Positions 10,384-18,806 of a DNA stretch of 64,000 nt are shown in pieces. Positions within the stretch are counted from its first letter, which is position 1. Each line of letters opens with the position of its first letter. Origin of the DNA: an uncultured bacterium (GTDB lineage: Bacteria; Patescibacteriota; Minisyncoccia; Phycocordibacterales; UBA2100); NCBI GenBank assembly GCA_903824595.1, contig CAIJXH010000002.1, forward strand, positions 7,209 through 71,208. Reading direction: 5' to 3'. A model generated the notes under the pieces. It had not been told where the DNA came from. It was given only the letters and a program-made list of their open reading frames with translations, and searched no databases. The position numbers were made by a program, and so were the translations under genes.

Positions 10384-11553
10384 ATGAGAATTCTTGGCAT
10401 AGAAACATCGTGCGACGAAAGCGGTGTGTGTCTGATCGATGCAAGCGGAATGTGTGGTATAGATTTCAAGTTTGACATTCTCGGCAACGCACTCGCCTCA
10501 CAAGCCGCGCTTCACGCACAGTATGGCGGTGTCTTCCCAAACCTGGCGAAACGCGAACACGCCAAAGCGCTCGTTCCGCTTTTGGAAACAGCGCTGCGGG
10601 ATGCGGGCGCAGCTTCGCTGCGCCCGCATCCCGCAACCGTTCCCGATCTGCACACCATACTGATGCGCGAACCAGAATTACAAGAGCAATTGGAGCCTTT
10701 TTTGAAAACGTATGAAAGACCCGCAATCGATGCAATTGCAGTGACAACAGGACCGGGATTGGAGCCCGCGCTCTGGGTTGGCATCAATTTCGCACGCGCA
10801 CTAGCCATCGCATGGGATATTCCCATCGTTGCCACAAATCATATGGAAGGACACATTATGCTCTCCATAGCGAACGAAACAGGATTGAAGCCATTCGAAT
10901 TTCCCGCACTCGCACTACTCATATCTGGTGGACATACAGAACTGGTGCTTATGCGTGCATTTGGAGAATACGAGATCATCGGACAAACGCGTGACGATGC
11001 CGCGGGCGAAGCGTTTGATAAAGTCGCTCGCCTACTCGGACTTCCCTATCCCGGCGGTCCAGAAATTTCGCGCCTTGCCGCTTCCGCTCGCGCACATCCT
11101 AGAGGCGACACCTCTAGGATTCAGCTGCCGCGACCGATGCTTCGCGAAGATAATTTCGATTTTTCGTTTTCTGGACTGAAGACTGCCGTGCGACGGGTTG
11201 TCGAGGCACACCAGCCGCTGTCGAACGAGATGAAATTGGCAATTGCGCGGGAATTCGAAGACGCCGCAACCGAGGTGATCGTGAGCAAGACGCTCCGAGC
11301 GGCAGAACACTTCTGTACACCCACAATTATCCTCGGTGGTGGTGTTTCCGCCAACACGCACATTAAAGACTCATTCTTCGCCGCGCTGCAAAAAGACAAC
11401 CTTGCCACACTTCTCACCCCTCCTCCTGCCCTCGCCACAGATAACGCACTCATGATCGCTCTCGCAGGCTACACCCATGCTGTCCAAAAAGAATTCGTCG
11501 AGCCACATACACTCAAAGCACAGGGACACGTACAACTCGGATTACAACGATAA
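10384..11553 (+). CDS. tsaD: tRNA N6-adenosine threonylcarbamoyltransferase (Kae1/YgjD family); contains an in-frame palindromic element
   Basis: The protein begins MRILGIETSCDESGV, which is canonical for TsaD, so the start was set at the internal ATG (10384) rather than the overlapping upstream ATG. The 25-bp palindrome at 11096-11120 is translated in frame as HPRGDTSRI, immediately before the conserved LPRPM motif. Confidence 0.9.
   Translation: MRILGIETSCDESGVCLIDASGMCGIDFKFDILGNALASQAALHAQYGGVFPNLAKREHAKALVPLLETALRDAGAASLRPHPATVPDLHTILMREPELQEQLEPFLKTYERPAIDAIAVTTGPGLEPALWVGINFARALAIAWDIPIVATNHMEGHIMLSIANETGLKPFEFPALALLISGGHTELVLMRAFGEYEIIGQTRDDAAGEAFDKVARLLGLPYPGGPEISRLAASARAHPRGDTSRIQLPRPMLREDNFDFSFSGLKTAVRRVVEAHQPLSNEMKLAIAREFEDAATEVIVSKTLRAAEHFCTPTIILGGGVSANTHIKDSFFAALQKDNLATLLTPPPALATDNALMIALAGYTHAVQKEFVEPHTLKAQGHVQLGLQR
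11096..11120. repeat. 25-bp perfect palindromic element, copy 1 (ATCCTAGAGG-CGACA-CCTCTAGGAT), in frame inside tsaD
   Basis: The arms are 10-bp inverted repeats around a 5-nt centre. The element contains two CTAG tetranucleotides and is read as P-R-G-D-T-S-R. Confidence 0.9.
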
Positions 11554-11562
11554 ACACGGGTC

Positions 11563-12240
11563 TCACGGTGTATCGAGCGTACGTTTCGTTTGTTTCCACG
11601 CATCGATAGCAGCGTGATTGCCCGAGAGAAGCACGGGCGGAACGCGATATTTTTTCTTTTTCCATATAAATACTTCCGGACGCGTGTAGACCTCGGGCGA
11701 CGACACGCGACTTGCTTCGAGTGATTCTGCCTTTCCCAAAACACCCGGCACGAAACGCGCCACCGCATCAATCACCGTAGCCGCAGGCAGCTCGCCACCC
11801 GTAAGTACGTACGGACCCATCGACACTTTTTTTGCCTTCAAAATCTTCTCGACACGCGCATCCACACCCTCGTAGTGTCCACAAATGAAAACGATATGTC
11901 TTGTCAACCTAGAGGCGACACCTCTAGGATTTGCTAATTTTTTTGCCATCGCTTCATCAAAAATCGCACCATCGGTAGCAAAGAAAATCTTCTCCGCGCC
12001 GCGCTTCTTCCCTATCGCCTTTTCAGCGGCACGCAGTATCGCATCCGGCTCCAAGACCATCCCGGGTCCACCTCCGTACGGCCGACGATCCACGCGACCA
12101 TAACGATCGTGCGTAAATTTCTTGGGGTCGTAGTATGAAATTTTGATTTTCTTGTTTTTCACCGCGCGCCCAATAATCGAGCTCGCAAGATACGGCTCGA
12201 TTGATTCGGGAAAGAGAGTAATGATGTGAAAATGGATCAT
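11563..12240 (-). CDS. trmD: tRNA (guanine37-N1)-methyltransferase; contains an in-frame palindromic element
   Basis: A 225 aa protein with TrmD signatures (MIHFHIITLFPE..., ...FICGHYEGVD...). The palindrome copy at 11906-11930 is translated as NPRGVASRL just upstream of the conserved CGHYEG motif. Confidence 0.9.
   Translation of the reverse strand: MIHFHIITLFPESIEPYLASSIIGRAVKNKKIKISYYDPKKFTHDRYGRVDRRPYGGGPGMVLEPDAILRAAEKAIGKKRGAEKIFFATDGAIFDEAMAKKLANPRGVASRLTRHIVFICGHYEGVDARVEKILKAKKVSMGPYVLTGGELPAATVIDAVARFVPGVLGKAESLEASRVSSPEVYTRPEVFIWKKKKYRVPPVLLSGNHAAIDAWKQTKRTLDTP
11906..11930. repeat. palindromic element copy 2 (AACCTAGAGG-CGACA-CCTCTAGGAT), in frame inside trmD
   Basis: This copy has the same 10-bp arms with a single mismatch at arm position 2, and is read in the gene orientation as P-R-G-V-A-S-R. 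Confidence 0.9.
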
Positions 12241-12275
12241 ACAAAGGCATCCTAATGCTTTTGCGCCCTCCGCAC

Positions 12276-12313
12276 AACAAAAAGAAAAAGCCGCGCAGAC
12301 GAATCTGCGCGGC
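12276..12313 (-). terminator. rho-independent terminator downstream of the 12343..13257 gene
   Basis: The sequence gccgcgcaga-cgaat-ctgcgcggc forms a 9-10 bp GC-rich stem, and the A-run on the plus strand (aaaaagaaaaa) gives a T-run after the hairpin on the minus strand. Confidence 0.6.
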
Positions 12314-12342
12314 CACCGGAAAAGCCGGATTTTGGTTGAACT

Positions 12343-13257
12343 TCAGCGAACCGGGACGGGGGTGCCGTTCGGAACGCCGACATCGGTCATGAAGAACGTG
12401 CTGCTTCCGCCAGCCTTCGCCGTCATCGCCTGCATCATCATCAGCTTGTAGATGAAGGCGCGTTGACCGGTCGGATCCGCTTTGATGAAGGCGTCGATCT
12501 TCAGCATGGCGTCGGTCAGCTTGTCGGCCGCTTGAGCGGACGCGATGGCACTGATCACTGACGGATCTGGCTTCACATTTGATGCGATCGCAGTGACGAG
12601 AAACAACGGCGAGTTGTTTTCGGCGAGCACCGTGCCGATCATCATCTTCATCTTGTCGGTGAAGCCTTCGGGCGTGCCGTTCTTGGCGATCGCGTCGAAG
12701 ACCGCGTCGACACTGGCGTAGCTCAGGCAGATGTCGCGGATTTTACCGCGCACCTGCTGTTGAACCTGCTGGAAGTAGACCGAAGCCGCGTCGAGGACGA
12801 GGACACGGTCACCGCCGAACTGCTCGTCCTTGGCGCGAACCGGCTTCCCGAGGATTCCCATCCGCAAGATCGCCTCCCGCCCCGCCGGTTTGGTGTGGTC
12901 TGGCATGGCGAAGAGCAGGCGAACATCGAGTGACATCGGCTCGCGCTTCGGCCCGACGATGCAACGATGGTCTTCGTGATCCTTGTCGTTGTTGGGATCG
13001 TTCTGGGCGAACTGCTCCTTGATGGCGAAGCCGCCGCGCTGCAGGAGTACCAGCTTGTTGCCCCAATCAGCGAACCAGCCTTTGGCACCGATGTCGACTT
13101 GGCCGGACTCGTAGATCTTGCCGTCGAACCCGCTCGGCGTGAGAATCATCCCGATCATGTCGGGAGGAATCGCACGCGGTTCCGAAGCAAACGACGAACC
13201 GCCGGTCAGGGTCGCAATCGCGACCGCGAGGGCGGCAACCAGTGAGAATTTACGCAT
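12343..13257 (-). CDS. hypothetical secreted protein (304 aa, N-terminal signal peptide)
   Basis: The N-terminus MRKFSLVAALAVAIATLTGGSSFA is signal-peptide-like, and the gene has markedly GC-rich third codon positions relative to its neighbours. No family was recognised. Confidence 0.55.
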   Translation of the reverse strand: MRKFSLVAALAVAIATLTGGSSFASEPRAIPPDMIGMILTPSGFDGKIYESGQVDIGAKGWFADWGNKLVLLQRGGFAIKEQFAQNDPNNDKDHEDHRCIVGPKREPMSLDVRLLFAMPDHTKPAGREAILRMGILGKPVRAKDEQFGGDRVLVLDAASVYFQQVQQQVRGKIRDICLSYASVDAVFDAIAKNGTPEGFTDKMKMMIGTVLAENNSPLFLVTAIASNVKPDPSVISAIASAQAADKLTDAMLKIDAFIKADPTGQRAFIYKLMMMQAMTAKAGGSSTFFMTDVGVPNGTPVPVR

Positions 13258-13295
13258 TTTCGGTATTTTCCGTTGGATGTGCCTTGCCGGATGGA

Positions 13296-13625
13296 TCAGC
13301 GTTTGATGTTGGCGCCCATGTCGCGGTTGATCGACGACCTGTCAAGCTCTGACCGCGGAATGGCATTGGTTGCATAGCTTGCCGCGTTGACGCAGAAGCC
13401 GGTGATCACCACGAGGGCAACGATGCCAGCTACGCCGTTGACCCAACTTCGGACCGTTGTCGCATCGGAGTCATCCATACCGCCATCCTTGGCCATCTTG
13501 TTGATGAACCAGCGGACGACCAGCAGGACGACGACGATCGTGATGATTGAGCCGATGAGCCACATCATATTGCCTTGAAGACCCTGGAGGAATCCCTGCA
13601 GGGTTAGCGAGGTTGAAGGTGTCAT
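13296..13625 (-). CDS. small two-TM membrane protein (109 aa); topology reminiscent of VirB2/TrbC-type pilins
   Basis: A polar N-terminus is followed by two hydrophobic helices (MMWLIGSIITIVVVLLVV and VAGIVALVVITGFCV) separated by a short charged loop. The pilin assignment is speculative. Confidence 0.4.
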   Translation of the reverse strand: MTPSTSLTLQGFLQGLQGNMMWLIGSIITIVVVLLVVRWFINKMAKDGGMDDSDATTVRSWVNGVAGIVALVVITGFCVNAASYATNAIPRSELDRSSINRDMGANIKR

Positions 13626-13761
13626 AGAACTGGTCCTTTTTGTCTTGAGTCAAAAGGAAACCGGAGCGCCACATGCGCTCACATTCCCGAACAAACCAGA
13701 ACGCCTTTTACACCAAAAAAAGGCTCTCGTCAAATTTTTTTGGATCCCGCTACGCCGGAAA

Positions 13762-14130
13762 TTATTTCAAATCCGCCAAGACATCATCGAGCGACTTTTC
13801 GGTACGTTCACGCTTTTCGTGGGTGTGAACATAGTCGCCGGTATCGGCATCGGGATCGGTTGCACCGGCGGCGGGGCGTTCGCTCCCCTCCGGTTCTTCG
13901 ATCTTGAGGTTGACGCGAGCATCGTTCTTCATACCGACGACACGAAGTACGGTGCGAATCGCCTTGGCGGTCGCGCCCGAACGTCCGATCACCTTGCCCA
14001 TATCGTCTTTATGCACCAAGAGCGTGAGCAGGACTCCCATCTCATCCACAACTCGAGTAATTTTCACATCTTCAGGATGATCTACCAACGCCTTCACGAC
14101 ATATTCCAAAAATTGTTGATCGCGTTCCAT
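13762..14130 (-). CDS. KH-domain RNA-binding protein (YlqC/UPF0109-like)
   Basis: The protein has a KH type II core (VLLTLLVHKDDMGKVIGRSGATAKAIRTVL) and an acidic C-terminal tail, and sits in the conserved position next to rpsP. Confidence 0.75.
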   Translation of the reverse strand: MERDQQFLEYVVKALVDHPEDVKITRVVDEMGVLLTLLVHKDDMGKVIGRSGATAKAIRTVLRVVGMKNDARVNLKIEEPEGSERPAAGATDPDADTGDYVHTHEKRERTEKSLDDVLADLK

Positions 14131-14177
14131 AGAAATCTTACTATCTACTAAATAATAACGATGATAATTATAGCAAA

Positions 14178-14525
14178 CTACGCCGCGACAGGCTCGCTCG
14201 GAACGTCCGCAGAAGGAGTGGTAGGATTTGAAACGGTACTCTCTGCAACGGGCACAGTTTTCTTGGGAAGGACATTGATCTTCTTACCCGCAATAACACC
14301 GGCAGATATCAACATGTTGTGTACCGTATCGGTTGCTTGCGCCCCTTTCCCTAGCCAATACATCACGCGTTCGGCATTGATTACTCTCTCTTTGGTGCGA
14401 GGATTATAGGTGCCGACTTTCTCAATGCATGTACCTGATTTTGCAGAACGGGCACGCTCCAAGACGACAATTCGAAAACTCGGCATGTTTATCCTCCCAA
14501 TCCTCTGCATTCGTATTCGTAACAT
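14178..14525 (-). CDS. rpsP: 30S ribosomal protein S16
   Basis: The N-terminus MLRIRMQRIGRINMPSFRIVVLERARSAKSG...GTYNP matches S16. The start was set at this internal Met because the longer ORF to 14582 would overlap smc. Confidence 0.85.
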   Translation of the reverse strand: MLRIRMQRIGRINMPSFRIVVLERARSAKSGTCIEKVGTYNPRTKERVINAERVMYWLGKGAQATDTVHNMLISAGVIAGKKINVLPKKTVPVAESTVSNPTTPSADVPSEPVAA

Positions 14526-14553
14526 ATGTTGCGCCACTTTACCCTTATTCCTT

Positions 14554-16776
14554 CTATTTTGCAACTTTTTGAGCATCCTCAAGCTTCACCGATAACAAGC
14601 GCGACACACCATCTTGACCCATCGTAATGCCATACAGTTCACCTGCAGCTGCCATGGTAGCTCGATTATGCGTGATAACAATCAATTGAGAATGTTTTCC
14701 GAGTTCGCGAATCATGTCGGCATATCGACGACTGTTTGCTTCATCAAGCGCAGCATCAGTCTCATCAAGAATAAGAAACGGTGGTGGATTGACACGGCTC
14801 ATTGAGAATATGAGCGCAATCGACGTGAGTGCGCGTTCACCTCCAGAAAGAGCTTCCAGTCCACGAACTTTCTTGCGCGGAAGCGCCACCGATATGGAGA
14901 GTCCAACAGAAAGATCCACGTTACTCTCACGCGACACAGCATCGTCCGCATCGTCATATGAATCGTTGTCATCATCTTCTTCATGCGCTCGAGTATTCGG
15001 ACGCTCTAGCTCAAGCATTGCGTGACCACCCCCAAAGAGCTGGTGGAAAAACAAAGCGAGAGATTCGTTGATCTTGATCAGTCCTTCGTGAAAACGAGCG
15101 TCGATGGTTTTTTCAAGATCTGTAATAATACCCCTCAACGACACCGCGGATTTCTCAAGGTCAATAATCTCATGCTCGAGAAACTCATCGCGCTCTTTTG
15201 TTTGTTTGAATTCTTTGATCACGGCGTCCCCGTTTCCAATACCAGATTCTTCTATTTTTATTTTGAGACGTTCGATATCGCGACGACGTTTTTCTTGCAT
15301 ACTTCGATCTTCAGAAAGTGCGCCATACGGGATTTCGGATCGTTCCCATGAATGGATCGCCGCACCGACAAGCGCTATCCCTTCTCGTACCTCATCCTCA
15401 AATCTTCGCTTCAGATCGACAATCGCCGCACGAGCAACACGCGCAGCGTCGCGCTTACTTTGTGCGTCACGCGCATTCGCTTCTAATTGCACAATATCAC
15501 GCTCTGCCGCAAGACGCTGCTCGCGTATACGCGCAATCTTTTGTCGCGCCATTTCACTGCTTTCACTGAGAATCATTTCTGTTTCCTGCGCTTTCTGAAG
15601 AAGCGTCTGGATGTTCGCGACCTGCTGACGAGCTTCTGCATTCGTAACCGGCGCACCATTTTCAAGACCATCAACGAACGATCGTATGCTCGACCGAAGT
15701 TGAGACACTCCCGATCGAATGAGGTTCACGTCTGTTGCGCGTTCTATGTCGGCAAGTGCGATTTCAATATCACGGAAAAATCCGCGCACATGCGGCACCG
15801 CCACGATCGCTTCGACGGTCACGTGATTTGCCTCGAGCGCACCTTCTGCGCGCCCAAGTTCACGCGCGAGCCGTTCACGTTCTCTACGCGCATCAGCCAC
15901 ACGCACGGTGAACTCGGAGACGGAACGCTCAAGATCGGATACATTATATGCATCTGGATCACCAGCTTTTCGCGCATCGGCAATTGCGTCAAGACATGTT
16001 TGCAACACGCGCTCATGAGCATGTTCATCATCGCTTATACGAGCATCTTCTTGTGTAATCCACGCATGTTCACGCGCAAGATATTCATTGAGGCGCGCCG
16101 CCAAATCTTCTCGCTGCTCACGCGCGCGTTCGATTTTTTCCACTTGTGAGCGCAAAAATCGTAAATGCGGCGCTATCTCGCGGCGCAGGGATGCCGTCTT
16201 TTCGAGATTGAGTGCCGTCTCTTCGAGTTTTCTTTCGCTCTCTATCTTCTTGTGCTGATACAATTTGAGACCAAGTGCGTCTTCGAGCATTTCGCGGCGC
16301 TCGCGCGGGCTTGCGTTGAGAATTCGATCGGCTTCGCCTTGCGAGATGATTTGATATCCCGAACCGCCAATGTTGGCACCAGCAAGAAGACGGATCACGT
16401 CTTTGAGACGCACCTGCGTACCGTTGAGCAGATACTCATTCAAGCCATCGCGATACACGGAGCGCTCGATCGTCACCTCGGAAAAGTCCATGTCGAGCAG
16501 CCGCGTGGAATTATCGAATGTAACTTTCACCCCCGCACGGTTGGCACGCGACAAGGCGGGCGATCCGCCCCAGATCAAATCCTCACCCTTCTTGCTACGC
16601 ATCGATTTCATCGACTGCTCGCCCAAGACGAAACGAAACGCTTCCGCGACATTCGACTTCCCGCTTCCATTCGGCCCCACAATGCTCGCAATCGGCGACG
16701 TGAAAACAAGCGCCGTCTTTTTCCCAAACGACTTGAAACCCGACAGCTCGATGGATTTGAGGTACATCGAATACAT
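14554..16776 (-). CDS. smc: SMC-family chromosome segregation ATPase (short, 740 aa)
   Basis: The N-terminal Walker A (IVGPNGSGKSNVAEAF), a long coiled-coil region and the C-terminal signature plus Walker B (LSGGERALTSIALIFSMSRVNPPPFLILDETDAALD) are present. The position next to rnc is the conserved smc locus, but the protein is about 400 aa shorter than canonical SMC. Confidence 0.75.
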   Translation of the reverse strand: MYSMYLKSIELSGFKSFGKKTALVFTSPIASIVGPNGSGKSNVAEAFRFVLGEQSMKSMRSKKGEDLIWGGSPALSRANRAGVKVTFDNSTRLLDMDFSEVTIERSVYRDGLNEYLLNGTQVRLKDVIRLLAGANIGGSGYQIISQGEADRILNASPRERREMLEDALGLKLYQHKKIESERKLEETALNLEKTASLRREIAPHLRFLRSQVEKIERAREQREDLAARLNEYLAREHAWITQEDARISDDEHAHERVLQTCLDAIADARKAGDPDAYNVSDLERSVSEFTVRVADARRERERLARELGRAEGALEANHVTVEAIVAVPHVRGFFRDIEIALADIERATDVNLIRSGVSQLRSSIRSFVDGLENGAPVTNAEARQQVANIQTLLQKAQETEMILSESSEMARQKIARIREQRLAAERDIVQLEANARDAQSKRDAARVARAAIVDLKRRFEDEVREGIALVGAAIHSWERSEIPYGALSEDRSMQEKRRRDIERLKIKIEESGIGNGDAVIKEFKQTKERDEFLEHEIIDLEKSAVSLRGIITDLEKTIDARFHEGLIKINESLALFFHQLFGGGHAMLELERPNTRAHEEDDDNDSYDDADDAVSRESNVDLSVGLSISVALPRKKVRGLEALSGGERALTSIALIFSMSRVNPPPFLILDETDAALDEANSRRYADMIRELGKHSQLIVITHNRATMAAAGELYGITMGQDGVSRLLSVKLEDAQKVAK

Positions 16777-16822
16777 TGTATCAAATAGAATGGTTCACGA
16801 ACTTGCCTCGCAATGAATGCGA

Positions 16823-16847
16823 ATCCTAGAGGTGTCGCCTCTAGGAT
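16823..16847. repeat. palindromic element copy 3 (ATCCTAGAGG-TGTCG-CCTCTAGGAT), intergenic between smc start and rnc stop
   Basis: This is the only copy outside coding sequence, and its centre is in the opposite orientation to the tsaD copy. Confidence 0.9.
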
Positions 16848-16859
16848 TTCAAAACAATG

Positions 16860-17546
16860 TCACCATCCCCTAGCCGCCAGCGCCTTCTCCGCCGCTGCTT
16901 GTTCGGCTTCTTGTTTGGAGCGACCTTCGCCAGCTGCCACTTTTTCGCGACCAATGTATGCGCCGACGACAAACACTCTGTCGTGATCCGGACCAGACTG
17001 GCTCTGCAGCTGGTATGTCGGCGTCACATTTTCCTTCTCCTGCGCCATCTCTTGAAAACGACTCTTCGCATCTTGCCACAAGCGCTTCGCGACCACCTCG
17101 TCGGTCTTGTGGAACAGCTGCGCCGCGATGAATTGCTGCGCCGCTCCATACCCAGCATCAAGGTACACAGCACCGATCAGCGCCTCAAATGCATTGGCAA
17201 GAATTATTTGCCGCGCGCGCCCCGTGTCTTTCGATTCTCCGCGCGAGAGAAGTAAAAAATCATTCATGCCGAGTTTGGTTGCCGCATCGGAAATGCTCTG
17301 CGTGTTCACCAATGCTGCGCGATACGCCGTGAGATCTCCTTCCGACTTCTCGGGATATTTCGCGTAGAGAAAATCAGTGACGACCAGCTCCAATACGGCG
17401 TCACCGAGAAACTCAAGTCGCTCATTGTGTTCGCGCCCGGGAGTCCTATTTTCATTCAAATATGACCGATGTGTAAACGCCTGCTCAATGAGTGATGAGG
17501 TGCGAAACACATGCCCGATCCGTTGTTCAAACGATCCGAAATCCAT
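16860..17546 (-). CDS. rnc: ribonuclease III
   Basis: A 228 aa protein with the RNase III signature (ERLEFLGDAVLELVVTDFLY) and a C-terminal dsRBD (GPDHDRVFVVGAYIGREKVAAGEGRSKQEAEQAAAEKAL). Confidence 0.9.
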   Translation of the reverse strand: MDFGSFEQRIGHVFRTSSLIEQAFTHRSYLNENRTPGREHNERLEFLGDAVLELVVTDFLYAKYPEKSEGDLTAYRAALVNTQSISDAATKLGMNDFLLLSRGESKDTGRARQIILANAFEALIGAVYLDAGYGAAQQFIAAQLFHKTDEVVAKRLWQDAKSRFQEMAQEKENVTPTYQLQSQSGPDHDRVFVVGAYIGREKVAAGEGRSKQEAEQAAAEKALAARGW

Positions 17547-17548
17547 AT

Positions 17549-18511
17549 CTAAGACCTATGCTTTTGCGCGAGAATGTTGATCGCGCGCGTCACGACAGGC
17601 AATATATCATCATAAAAATTGAGATCGCCCACCGACGCAAGAGGAAACCATTGCGCGTCATCGAGTCCGCCGTCTCTTTTGAGCAGGAGGTCTCGGAATT
17701 TTCCGCGCGCCAAATAGTAGGTCGCGTGACGTCGTTTTTTACCAAGCTTGCTCAAACTCGCCACATCACTTGCGATATATTCATTTTCTCCCAACATATC
17801 TTCCACATCGACATCGAGTCCGATCTCTTCATTTACCTTACGCCGCACTCCAACTTCTTTTGATTCACCCTGCTGCAATTTACCCTTTGAAAGAGTCCAG
17901 TGCCCGAAAATATCGTGCACCAACGCAAGATAAATCTGTTCGGCACCCTTGGCTGCATCGACAGGGATATCTCGTGCATACACCACGGCACCTACCAATT
18001 CTTCAACCGCCATATGGCTAGCAATGTAATCCGTTTGTTTGTGCATCTTCCCTTCGCCCTTACCCGGTTCGCCAAGCTCGATATACACTGCACCCAATAC
18101 GCCATTGACAAACCTGCTCGACGACGCACTTCCAAACGCTTTCGCCAGTTCAATTGATTCATTGATCGCAACCTTTGCGGGCACTTGCGAGCGATCTGCA
18201 TACAAAAGCTCTGCCAAACCAAGACGCAACACACAGCGATCAATCGCGGCAATTTTCTTAAGTGGCCATTCAGGTGCGGCACGCATGATCACTGCGTCAA
18301 TCTCTTTTTGTTTGAGAATGACGGTATGCACAAGCGTTCTCATGAAAGAGAAATCTGACTCGCGCGCTCCGAATTCTTTTGCATAAGAAACAAGGCGGCT
18401 CTCTGCTTCTGGCGCCGCCATCGTCCCTGAACTTTGGTCATATTCAAACAAGACTTGGAGGACGACTGATCGGGCTAGGTGTCTGTTTGACATATGATAG
18501 TGAAAGATCAA
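17549..18511 (-). CDS. nusB: NusB-like N-terminal domain fused to a C-terminal NUDIX hydrolase domain
   Basis: The N-terminal ~150 aa are NusB-like (RHLARSVVLQVLFEYD...IDRCVLRLGLAELLYAD...), and the C-terminus has a Nudix box GKLQQGESKEVGVRRKVNEEIGL (G-x5-E-x7-R-K-V-x-E-E-x-G-L). The true start may be a few codons downstream of the annotated one. Confidence 0.7.
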   Translation of the reverse strand: MIFHYHMSNRHLARSVVLQVLFEYDQSSGTMAAPEAESRLVSYAKEFGARESDFSFMRTLVHTVILKQKEIDAVIMRAAPEWPLKKIAAIDRCVLRLGLAELLYADRSQVPAKVAINESIELAKAFGSASSSRFVNGVLGAVYIELGEPGKGEGKMHKQTDYIASHMAVEELVGAVVYARDIPVDAAKGAEQIYLALVHDIFGHWTLSKGKLQQGESKEVGVRRKVNEEIGLDVDVEDMLGENEYIASDVASLSKLGKKRRHATYYLARGKFRDLLLKRDGGLDDAQWFPLASVGDLNFYDDILPVVTRAINILAQKHRS

Positions 18512-18534
18512 GTAAACATGAAAACGCGAAGACG

Positions 18535-18798
18535 TTACGTCTTCGCGGTACTTTTATCGGGAGTTTGTCCTGATTCGCGAAGTCCAGCCGAACGACGCTT
18601 GGCACGTCGCGCATCTCGAGTCGCGCGAGCGACGACGTCAACCACGACTCGTCCGTTGTACGTACCACACTGACGACACGCGCGATGCGACACGCGAGAC
18701 GCTCCGCACCCGCACTTCGCCAACCGTGCAGGCACGATTGCATGATGAGAACGGCGTTTTGCCGTTTGGGAACGATTTCTGCGCATTCGTACTACCAT
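18535..18798 (-). CDS. rpmF: 50S ribosomal protein L32
   Basis: An 87-aa sub-ORF (MVVRMRRNRSQTAKRRSHHAI...CRQCGTYNGRVVV) matches the L32 N-terminal basic motif and C-x2-C zinc ribbon. The ATG at 18798-18796 was verified, and the gene begins 9 nt after the rnhB stop. Confidence 0.7.
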   Translation of the reverse strand: MVVRMRRNRSQTAKRRSHHAIVPARLAKCGCGASRVSHRACRQCGTYNGRVVVDVVARATRDARRAKRRSAGLRESGQTPDKSTAKT

Positions 18799-18806
18799 AC
18801 CGACGA

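Noticed and set aside
10928-12103. ORFs 10928..11179 (+) and 11885..12103 (+) translating ...LEATPLGF... across the palindromic elements
   Set aside because: These are the second open frame of the palindrome read inside tsaD and antisense to trmD. The surrounding translation has no protein-like features, so they are by-products of the element having two stop-free frames.
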